A stretch of DNA of 64,000 nucleotides from Squalus acanthias (lineage: Eukaryota). The notes under the pieces were generated by a model. That model searched no databases. It was given only the letters and a program-made list of their open reading frames with translations, and was not told the DNA's origin. The stretch is taken from assembly GCA_030390025.1 (NCBI GenBank), contig CM059425.1, positions 178,500,001-178,564,000 of the forward strand, in the 5' to 3' direction. Shown in pieces: positions 1 through 10,055 of this stretch (positions are counted from its first letter, which is position 1; every line of letters begins with the position of its first letter). Made by a program: the position numbers and the translations under genes.

Positions 1-223
1 ATTAAGACTCAACAGCTGGCAAACCAATGAGATTAAAAAGATTGTCTGCTGCTCTCTTGATATGAAGATGACATTGACTGCAGATGTCTTTTCCTGAGGT
101 AATCTTGGAAAATTAAACCAGCAATGGTAATTGAATTGCCATGGCTTCACTCCAGGTAACTCTGCAACATTACTATGCTTCTGTATGGTTAGATTCTGCA
201 GTTTGAGCTTCACAGAGTGCAGT

Positions 224-509
224 AATCATAGAATCATAGACGTTTACAGCACAGAAGGAGGCTATTCGGCCCATCGTGTCTGTGCCGGCCGAAAAAGAGC
301 TATCCAGCCTAATCCCACTTTCCAGCTCTTGGTCTGTAGCCTTGTAGGTTACGGCACTTCAAGTGCATATCCGAGTAATTTTTAAATGTAGTGAGGGTTT
401 CTGCCTCTACCAACCTTTCAGGCCCCCACCACCCTCTGGGTGAAAAGATTTCTCCTCAACTCCCCTCTAATTTGTCGACCAATTACCTTACAACTATGCC
501 CCCTGGTTA
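224..509 (-). mobile_element. CR1 LINE 3' terminal fragment
   Basis: (CATAGAAT)n tail on + followed by a 3'UTR and RT C-terminal end resembling the 3' end of the CR1 at 57520-57830. Confidence 0.85.
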
Positions 510-814
510 AGTTTGCATGCTGACATTTTCTGTTGCTAGGAGACATGTGCTACAGATCAAAGGCAAAGCTAAGCATTGCACTGGGTCAATAATGCACCAG
601 CAGAAGCTCTGCACCATAGTCCCTGCTCCCCCCTGGCAATAACTTCCTATATCCATGCTAGTCTCATTATGACGAACAGATGCTTCGCCAGGTGCTGTTC
701 TCAAGTAATGCAAGAAGAAAAGGGGCATACTGGACAGTTTATTTTCCCTTCCACCTGACCTGGCAAAATCCCCTCTCTGGAAAGTCTGAATCAGTTATTA
801 TTTGAGATGAGGGT

Positions 815-2406
815 CATAGAAACATAGAAACATAGAAGATAGGAGCAGTAGGCCATTTGGCTCCTCGAGCCTGCTCCGCCATTCAATGCGATCATGGCTG
901 ATCATCCAAATTCAGTACCCTGTCCCTGCTTTCTCCCCATATCCCTTGATCCCCTTAGCCTTAAGAAATATATCGAACTCCTTCTTGAATATATTTAATG
1001 AATTGGACTCAACTGCCTTCTGTGGTAGAGAATTCCACAGGTTCACCACTCTCTGGGTGAAGAAATTCCTCCTCATCTCAGTCCTAAATGGCTTACCCCT
1101 TATCCTTAGACTGTGACCCCTGGTTCTGGACTCCCCCACCATCGGGAACATCCTTCCTGCATCTAGTCTGTCTAGTCCTGTTAGAATTTTATAAGTTTCA
1201 ATGAGATCCCCTCTTATTCTTCTAAACTCTAGCGAATACAAGCCCAATCGACCCAATCTCTCTTCATACGTCATTCCTGCCATCCCAGGTATCAGTCTGG
1301 TGAATCTTCGCTGCACTCTCTCCATGGCAAAAACATCCTTCCTCAGATAAGGTGACCAAAACTGCACATAATACTCAAGGTGTGGTCTCACCAAGGCCCT
1401 GTACAACTGCAGCAAAACATTCTTGCTCCTGTACTCGAATCCTCTCGCTATGAAGGCCAACATACCATTTGCCTTCTTAACCGCCTGCTGCACCTGCATG
1501 CTTACCTTCAGCAACTGGTGCACAAGGACACCCAAGTCTCATTGCACTTCCCCTTTTCCCAATCTATTGCCGTTCAGATAATAATCTGTCTTCCTGTTTT
1601 TGCCACCAAAGTGGATAACCTCGCATTTATCCACATTATACTGCATCTGCCATGCATCTGCCCAATCACCCAACCTGTCCAAATCATACTGGAGTTTCTC
1701 TGCATCCTCCTCACAGCACACACGCCCACCCAGCTTTGTGTCGTTTGCAAACTTGGAGATATTACACCTAGTTCCCTCGTCTAGATCATTAATATATATT
1801 GTGAATAACTGGGGTCCAAGCACCGATCCCTGCGGTACCCCACTAGTCACTGCCTGCCACTCGGAAAAAGACCTGTTTATTCCAACTCTTTGCTTCCTGT
1901 CTGCCAACCAGTTTTCTATCCAAGACAGTACCTTACCCCCAATCCCGTGTGCTTTAACTTTGCACGCTAATCTCTTATGCGGGACCTTATCGAAAGCCTT
2001 CTGAAAGTCCAAATACACCACATCCACTGGTTCTCCCTTATCTATTCTACCAGTTACATCCTCAAAAAATTCCAGTAGATTAGTCAAGCATGATTTACCT
2101 TTTGTAAATCCATGTTGACTTTGTCTGATCCTGTCACTGTTTTCCAAGTGCTCTGCTATTACATCTTTTATAATAGACTCTAGCATTTTCTCCACTACCG
2201 ATGTCAGGCTTACCGGTCTATAATTCCCCATTTTCTCTCTACCATCTTTTTTAAATAGTGGGGTTACATTAGCTACCCTCCAATCCATGGGAACTGTTCC
2301 AGAGTCTATAGAATTTTGGAAGATGACCAGCAATGAATGCATCTACTATTTCTGGGGCCACTTCCTTAAGTACCCTAGGATGTAGATTATCAGGCCCTGG
2401 GGATCT
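815..2406 (-). mobile_element. 5'-truncated CR1 LINE (RT half of ORF2), one in-frame stop
   Basis: ORFs 1539-2342 and 912-1535 are in the same frame and carry NYRPVSLTS, QHGF, LDFQKAFDKVPH, GVPQGSVLGP, FANDTK (degenerate FADD), YSLEFRR and RRNFFTQRVV; (CATAGAAA)n tail at 815-837. Confidence 0.95.
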
Positions 2407-2450
2407 GACTTCAGGCCTCCTCCTCTGGAGTCCAACGCTCCAATTTGTTA

Positions 2451-2583
2451 CTAAAGCAAAATACTGCAGATGCTGGAAATCTAAAATAAAAACAGAAAAT
2501 GCTGGAAATACTCAGCAGATCAGGCAGCATCTGTGGAGAGAGAAACAGAGTTAACGTTTCAGGTCAATGACCCTTCGTCAGAA
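2451..2583 (-). mobile_element. Penelope-like element terminal fragment with hammerhead core, flanked by a 13-bp TSD
   Basis: CTCCAATTTGTTA duplicated at 2438-2450 and 2584-2596; the minus strand reads CTGACGA-AGGGTCATTGACCT-GAAACGTT; related sequence recurs at ~33273-33447 and ~51705-51770. Confidence 0.75.
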
Positions 2584-2586
2584 CTC
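2548..2586 (-). ncRNA. putative minimal type I hammerhead ribozyme (PLE type)
   Basis: Minus strand GAGUU-CUGACGA-A-GGGUC-AUU-GACCU-GAAA-CG-UU-AACUC: CUGANGA and GAAA boxes, stem II, palindromic AACGUU stem III, stem I GAGUU/AACUC. Confidence 0.6.
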
Positions 2587-2651
2587 CAATTTGTTAGCTA
2601 TCCATGGGCTGTCTCCAGCGTTATACTACAAGATATATTCTATTCCAATTG

Positions 2652-4458
2652 TTTATAGTATTTACAGCACAGAAACAGGCCATTCAGCCCAACAGGTCTA
2701 TGCTGGCGTTTATGCTCCACACGAGCCTCCTCCCACCCTTCTTTATCTACCCCCATAAACATATCCTTCTATTCCTTTCTCCCCTTCTTCTAGCTTCCCC
2801 TTAAAGGCATCTATGCTAGTCGCCTCAACCACTCCTTGTGGTAACGAGTTCCACATGCTAACTACTCTCTGGGTAAAGGAGTTTTTGTTGGATTTGTTAG
2901 TGACTATCTTACATTTATGGCCCCTAGTTCTGTTCTCCCTGCTAGTGGAAACATCTCTCTACGTCAACCCTATCATACTCTTTCATAATCTTAAAGACCT
3001 CTATCAGGTCACCCTTCAGCCTTCTCTTTTCCAGAGAAAAGAGCCCATCCTGTTCAATCTTTCCTGATAGGTATAACCTCTCAGTTCTGGTATCATCCTG
3101 GCAAATCTTTTCTGCACCTTCTCCAGTGCCTCTATATCCTTTTTATAATATGGTGACCAGAGCTGTTCACAGTACTTCAAGTGTGGTCTAACCAAGGTTC
3201 TATGCAGGTTTATAATAATTTCCCTGCTTTTCAATTCTATCCCTCTAGAAATGAAACCCAGTGCTTTGGTTGCACTTTTTATAGACTTGTTAACCTGTGT
3301 CCCTACTTTTAGTGATTTGTGTATCTGTACTCCCATATCCTTCTGCTCCTCTACTCCATTTAGACTCTTAGGCGGCGATCTTGCCAGCCCTGGGGAGGCG
3401 GGACTGCCGGGAAAAGGGCAGAATCTGGGGGCGGCTGCCCAACCCGCCCCCAACCCACCTCCGTGCCATCTTTCCAGGAGGCAGGTAGCCGACCCGCGCC
3501 GGGTCCCGTCTCCTTGGAGGCGGGAAGGGGATTAGTGCCACTTATCTGCCTGTTAACAGGTAGTTAACAGGCAGATAAGAGGATTACCCCATTTTACCCA
3601 CACAAGTGTGGGCTTCCCGAAGGCGCTGAACCCCGCCAGGGTCACCGAGGCGAGCAGTGGGTCTGCGGGGGTCGGAGGGGTGCAAAAGTGCAATGTGAAG
3701 GTAAGTGATGGGTGCAAGTGTGGAGAGGGGAGTATGTGAGGTAAGTGGAAAGTGATAGAAAAAGTTTACTTACCTTTGTTCTTCCTGTAGGCTTCAATCG
3801 GTGGGTATGCGGAGAGTCTCGCACCTCCGCGGCAGAGATGACAGATGGCCGTTGCATTTTCCAATGCAACAACCATCTAATTTCTGCAAAAGAAAGAGGT
3901 TTGATGAGGTCTTGAATTCAAGAACTCATCAAACTACATAGAATGTCACTGTTTGACAGCTTCACAGAGCTGTTAAACGATGACAATTCATCTGTCAAAA
4001 ATTTTTGACATTTGAAACGTCATATGCTGACGTTCTCTGCAACCGACTTTCCCTTAATTGGCGGGCTTAACAAGGTCAATCAAGGGAAAATAGCGTGGGT
4101 TGGCCAGAAGTTGATGGAGGCGGGACTGAAACCCGACAAGTGGGAGTCCCGCCTCCAAAAGCTCCCCATTGGCAAAATCCAGCCCTTATTTTCCAAGGAG
4201 TATGTGGCCTCCTTATCCTTCCTACCAAAATGTACCACCTCACACTTATCTATACTGAAGTTCATTGCCAATTACACACCCATTCTGCAAGTTTACTAAT
4301 GTCTTCCTGTATTTATCGCAGTCCTCCTCTGTATTAACTATACCCCCCAGTTTGAAATTGCACTTCCAATTCCAGAGTCCAAATCGTTTATATAAATGGT
4401 GAACAACAGTGGTCCCAGCACTGATCCTTGTGAAACACCACTTCCCACCTTTTGCCAG
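2652..4458 (-). mobile_element. Degraded CR1 3' RT fragment, split by a MITE at 3371-4185
   Basis: RT-like translation (KATKALGFISRGIE, LVRPHLKYCEQLWSP) left of 3370 resumes right of 4186 (FSIDKCEVVHFGRK). Confidence 0.88.
3371..4185. mobile_element. Non-autonomous PIF/Harbinger-like DNA transposon (MITE family H1, copy 1)
   Basis: Imperfect TIRs GGCGGCGATCTTGCCA / TGGCAAAATCCAGCCC; TTA duplicated at 3368-3370 and 4186-4188; interrupts a CR1 cleanly; homologous to 14349-15182. Confidence 0.85.
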
Positions 4459-5833
4459 GTTGTTAATGCGAGTGGAAAAATTGGTGGAAATTCTGTTGTA
4501 CTTGCACTGACTTTTTTTGCTCATGATTCAACGTGTAGGATTACACTATTAGTCCAGGTTCACAATTATTCATGTAAGCAGGATTCCATGCACTGTTTCT
4601 GGCAGAGAAAGCAATTAATGTAAACTCTCAAAGAGCTGTAGTGAACATCTTTTCCTTTAGGACAACCAAGGCTCTAATCACATACTTAATTAGTTCAATT
4701 TTAACTTGTTTCCAAGAAACTTGAACACGAATCTCCTGTTACACTGGAATAAGTAAACAAGGCACTTAACATTACCCAATGCCTTTATCAGGATCATTGA
4801 TCAGCCATTACCAAGTTAGGGTTTTCCATTACCCATCCTACACTAATTGAACACAAAAAGCATGGATCCTGTTGTACAATGTGTGGAGAATATTTTAAAG
4901 GAAAGCTTGCCATTATAATTATTCCTGCATCAACAGCCTTTTGGTTAACAAACAAATGTCACTGTTTGCTCCACTTCTTCCTATCAGTTCTCTTTGTTCA
5001 TGGTTATGGTATCCAGTTAGCATCAGTCATGGCTATACTCATTGGCTTACACCTCAGGTTTGTCTGATCACTGGGATTCTCTCTGAAAACAGTCCTTACA
5101 AAAATTTCCAGAACTTTGATGTGGATCCACGTTCTTATTTACACTTCCATCAAATAAATTTGAATGTTTGGAAAAGAAAGCATGATTTTTTTTTAAAGTG
5201 TGAGGGAAAGCATTGAATCCACATGGAAGAATCAGCTATTCAGAATGTATTCTCTCTCCAGTTTCCATATTGCTAAATGGCAGCAGCTGCACAAACACAT
5301 AAGTAATCTGTGTCTCTAGAAAGCACGTCAAAGGAGATCCTTCTGATTTCACCAGTAGATCCATATTCCTTTGGGAAATCAACCAGGGAAAAATATTACA
5401 GGGATCAAAATTTGGTGAAGGTCATATGTACCCTAAAACTGGAGATACTAACCAGAAAATGTTCTTCAAAGCCACTTAATGCAAAATCTTGTTTCTACCA
5501 GGTATAGTCAAATATAAGGTGTAGTCAGTCTTTTTGACATCAGCTCACTTTCTACATAGGGCAGACATTTTGGGGTATTTTTAAACCTTCTTGCCCCAAG
5601 TTATTTTGTTATCTCCTTAGATCACTCTCAGGGGCAAGTGTCAATTCCTCAAACCTTTGAGAGTATCTACCCTTGCCTTAAGATCTAGGTAAGCTTTTGA
5701 TAGCACGCCTGGCAGAACGAACAGCAAACCTTGTTTGGTAATTCCTTTTAAGTACAGGACTGTCTTACGCCTTTACTAATATTTAATTTCCCAGCCTTAA
5801 GCAAGGATAAACAGGGATATACAAGGCCTACAA

Positions 5834-8800
5834 CCAGGTCACTGTTCGCCTGGGGGGCGTGCTGCTCCATTTAGTGAACGTGTACGCCCCCCAGGCTGGT
5901 GCGCAGCAAGTGCGCTTCTTCGAAGAAGTGTCCGCTCTTCTGGGCACCGTCGACGTCGGCGAGTGCGTCATCCTCGGGGGGGATTTCAATTGTACCCTTG
6001 AGGCGAGGGACCGTTCGGGTCCTCTGCGAAGCCTGGCGGCGATGGTGAAGTTGAGGGACCTGGTCGGGTCCTTCGACTTGGTGGACGTCTGGCGAAATCT
6101 CCATCCCGACTCCAGCGCCTTCACTTGGGTGGGGTCTGGAGGAGGAAGGTCCAGAATCGACCGCCTTTATATTTCCCGGGCGTACGTCTCCTGCGTTCCG
6201 GCGGCTTCCATGCGGCCGGTTCCGTGCACGGACCACCACCTGGTATGGGCGGAGCTCGCTCCATTGCGCGCGCCGGGGGGGTCCGCGTACTGGCATTTTA
6301 ACAACCTGCTGCTGGAGGACGAGTGGTTCCGGGATTTGTTTCGTCGGTTCTGGGCTGACTGGAGAAGGAAGCAGGGAGGCTTCCCCTCCTTGAGGCTATG
6401 GTGGGACGTGGGCAAGCCTCACGTCCATCTCTTCTGTCAAGAATACGCGAGGGGGTCGACCAAGAGGCGGGAGGCCCGGGTCGGACGGTTGGAGAGGGAG
6501 GTGCTCGACCTGGAGTCCCGTCTCGGTCAGGTCGTCGAGGACCCGGCCCTGCGGAAGGTGTACGAAGAGAAGAAGGGCGCGCTGAATGACCTGCAGCTCG
6601 TCGGGTCCTGAGGCGCGTACATGAGGTCGAGGATCCAGTTCCTCCGGGAACTGGACCGCGGCTCCTCCTTCTTCTACTCGCTGGAAAAAAGACGGGGGGT
6701 CTGTAAGCAGCTCTTGGGGCTGCTGGCCGACGACGGATCTCTGGTCTTGGATCCGGAGGGCATCAGCGCGGAGACCCGGGCCTATTACGGGGCTCTGTTC
6801 TCTCCGGAACCGTCCAGCGAGGATGCGCGCAGAGTTTTGTGGGAGGACCTGCTGAAGGTCGACCCGGAGGGCGCCGAAAAATTAGACGCTCCGCTAAGCT
6901 TGGCGGAGCTGACCGGCGCCCTCGGCCAGCTCTCGAGGGGAAAGTCCCCGGGGCTGGACGGGCTGACCGTGGAGTTCCATAGGGCGTTCTGGGATGTCTT
7001 GGGGGGCGACTACGCGCGGGTCCTAGGGGAAAGTCTGGCGACCGGGGAGATGCCCCTCTCGGCGCAGGGGGTCATCGTCCTGCTGCCCAAGAGGGGTGAT
7101 CTCCGCCTCTCAAAAAACTGGCGCCCGGTCTCCCTCCTCAGCACGGACTATAGAATTCTTGCCAGGGCCATGTCTGCCCGCCTTGGCACCATGCTGGCCC
7201 ACATGATCCACCCCGACCTGTCCTACACGGTCCCGGGCCGGTCCATCCATGACAACATCCATCTGGTCCGGGACCTGGTCCACCTTTCCCAGAGGGCTGG
7301 TCTGTCAGTCGCCTTCCTCTCCCTGGATCAGGAGAAGGCGTTCGACAGGGTGGATCATGAGTATCTTTTCGGAACTCTGCGCGCATTCGGGTTCGGGACG
7401 CATTTCGTCGCCCGGATCCGACTTCTGTACGCCGCCGCGGAGTGTCTGATTAAAGTTAACGGGTCTTTGATAGCGCCCCTTCGCTTCGGGAGGGGGGTGC
7501 GTCAGGGATGCCCCATGTCTGGTCAGTTATACGCCGTTTGCGTGGAGCCTTTCCTGCGCCTCTTGTGGAAGAGGTTGACGGGACTGGCTCTGCAAGGGCC
7601 GGGCGTGGAGGTCGTCCTCTCGGCTTACGCCGATGACGTGCTCCTCATGGTCACGGATCCCGTCGACTTGCGGAGGATGCGAGAATGCCAACAGATTTAC
7701 TCGGACGCATCCTCCGCCAGGATCAACTGGGAGAAATGTTCTGGACTCCTGGTGGGCCAGTGGCGGGTGGACTCCCTGCCGGAGGAGTTCAGGCCCTTCG
7801 CCTGGAGCACAACACACCTCCTCTACTTGGGAGTCTAGCTCGGCCCTGCTGAGGACACCTGGCCGGCGAACTGGCAAGAGCTGGAGGCCAAAGTCACCGC
7901 TCGCCTAGGACGCTGGATGGGGTTGCTCCGAGTGTTGTCCTACAGGGGTCGAGCGCTGGTCATAAACCAGTTGGTGGCCGCCATGTTGTGGTACCGGTTG
8001 GTCACTTTGATCCCTCCCCCTGCCTTTGTCGCCAAGATACAGAAGAAGCTCATCGACTTCTTCTGGGACAAAAGGAAGCACTGGGTCTCTGCCGTGGTTC
8101 TGTGTCTCCCGCTTAGGGAGGGCGGTCAGGCACTGGTGTGCCTTCGCACCAAGGCGGCGACTTTCCGTCTTCAGACGCTGCAGAGATACCTTTACGTCGA
8201 GAATCCTCCCAGATGGTGTGCGCTGGCGACGTATTTCTTCCGCCAGATGAACGGCCTCAACTATGATACGCAGCTCCTGTTTGTGGAATTGGGCCGCACG
8301 CGTGCCTACCTGTGGGAGCTGCCTGTCTTCTACCAGGAACTGTTATGGGTCTGGAACCAAGTCGCCTCCAGGCGGCGTTCTTCCCCGTCAGGAGCGGCGG
8401 CTCTCCTTCGGGAGCCGCTGCTCAGGAATCCGCACCTCCATGTCCGACGGATCGGGTGGCTGGCGGAGGGCAGGGCTGTGCCTGGCAAGGTGACCAGAGT
8501 CGGGGACCTGCTCGATGGCGGAGGAGCGGGCTGGATGGTGCCGGAGGAGTTGGCGCAGCGCCTCTCCTGGGTCGACGTCTGGCGCGCGGCCAAAGCCATC
8601 GAGTCGCTGAAAGTGGCACTGGGCCCCGACTCCACTAGGTGTATCGATGAGGCTCAAGCACGTGGGGCGATCCCATCCGAACTGACCCCCGTTCGGACGG
8701 AATTCCTCATCGGCGAGCGGCCCTGAAACCCCTCTCGGGAACCGGCGCCTCACAACTTGAGCCGTCTTGGGGAAATGCCCTCCATGCCTTTTAGTTCTGC

Positions 8801-9514
8801 ACGGAGGGGTTTCCTGTACGGGCTGCTCCTGCACACTCTCCACTTTGCCATCTTCGCCTGCCGTCCGCACACGCCTTGATGTGCCAGCTTGCCATCCGGC
8901 GGAGGCGAAGGTCCCCAATGGAGGGCTCTCTACGCGGGAGTCCTCCCCATTTCTATTGGGGACTTGGCCTGGAGGGTGTTGCATGGAGCAGTCCCGTGCA
9001 ATCAGCTTTTAAGTAGGTTCATGGACTCCCAGGCCACCTGTCTTTTTTGCGGCCTGGAGGAGTCCGTGTTCCATGTGTATATAGAGTGCCAGAGGTTGCA
9101 GCCCCTGTTCTATTATTTGAAGGGGCTGCTCCTCGATTTTTGGTTGCACTTCAGTCCCACGCTCCTGATCTACGGTCACCCGGTGCGGAGGGGAGCGGGC
9201 AGGTCGGAGGACCTCCTCGTAGGACTGCTCCTGGGCCTGGCCAAAGTGGCCATTAACAGGTCCAGGCAGCGGGCGGTCGAGGGGGTCGTTCGGCCCAATT
9301 GTCTGCCTCTCTTCCGCGGCTATGTTCGCGCCTGGGTGGCCCTGGAGATGGAGCACGCGGTGTCCGCCGGCACACTTGAAGCCTTCCGAGACCAGTGGGT
9401 GCCGCAGGGACTGGAGTGCATCGTCTCCCCGGACAATGTTATTTTAGTTTAATGAGATAAGGTTCATTTGAAGTTTTGTGAATTTACAGTCGTTTTATGT
9501 TGACTCAAAAAGAG
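5834..9514 (+). mobile_element. Tx1-like (L1 clade) non-LTR retrotransposon, 5'-truncated within the endonuclease
   Basis: 14-bp TSD TACAAGGCCTACAA at 5820-5833 and 9515-9528; GC/CpG-rich body; ends in AAAAAGAG. Confidence 0.93.
5859..9452 (+). pseudogene. Tx1-like ORF2 (APE endonuclease, RT, C-terminal Cys/His finger); one frame with four stops
   Basis: ORFs at 5859, 6621, 7917 and 8889 share a frame. Motifs: GDFN, SRIDRLY, TDH (EN); KSPGLDG, NWRPVSLL, DQEKAFDRV, GVRQGCPMS, YADD (RT); CLFC...ESVFHVYIEC. Stops at 6609, 7836, 8724, 8877. Confidence 0.92.
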
Positions 9515-9618
9515 TACAAGGCCTACAATTCAGAGCAGCTGAAGGCAGTCAATTCGGGAAACTAGATTAAACTGTTTTTCCTGTAGCAGGGCTCAGTCAG
9601 CTCCTTTGTTTCAGGGCC

Positions 9619-9918
9619 TATAAAAGCAGGCTTTGCAGTGCGATTTGCTCTGAGTGCGATTTGAACAGAGTGCTGGAGTTGGGTGAGTGAGTGAGGGAAG
9701 GGAGGAGTGGAGTGGAGTGGAGTGGAAGGAGGAGCTCCCTTGCTTCGCCTTTGCTTTTCCTGACTTTTCACCCTGTAGGAATTGGTTCTTACTTTATACC
9801 AAGGAAAGAGTCCGAGAGCGGGAGCAGTCAAACAACAACAACAACAACAACTGCAAAACCGCTAAAGTGACGTCGCAACCAGGGAAGGAGCTGATTGGTA
9901 AGTAGGACCTGGTGAGTA
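9619..9918 (+). promoter_or_regulatory. Putative internal promoter/leader of CR1 copy A
   Basis: TATAAAAG 9619-9626, GTGACGTC (CRE-like) 9867-9874, CTGATTGG (inverted CCAAT) 9891-9898, donor-like GGTAAGT 9897 and GGTGAGT 9911. Motif matches only. Confidence 0.4.
9703..9851. repeat. (GAGTG)n and (AAC)n microsatellites in the CR1 leader
   Basis: GGAGTGGAGTGGAGTGGAGTGG at ~9704-9725; AAC x6-7 at ~9832-9851. Confidence 0.85.
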
Positions 9919-10055
9919 TTTCTACAGTCTAGTCGTTAAAGTAAAAGTAAGGTCTCTAGTTTAGAGTAAGTAGTGTGTAAAGTGAAGGAAGGTCCCCAGT
10001 ATATTTAATATTCTTTAATTTAGAGGAAGTAATGGGAGTAAATTAAGGGTAGGAC

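Noticed and set aside
1380..2004. Long + strand ORFs over the minus-strand CR1 (also 57643-59937, 10238-10956 on -, and the ORFs overlapping Tx1)
   Set aside because: Antisense or off-frame shadows of LINE coding sequence with no independent motifs.
5320..5501. AG-bounded open frame ending CAG|GTATAG on + (possible exon)
   Set aside because: Weak donor, unrecognisable peptide, no partner exons; expected by chance.
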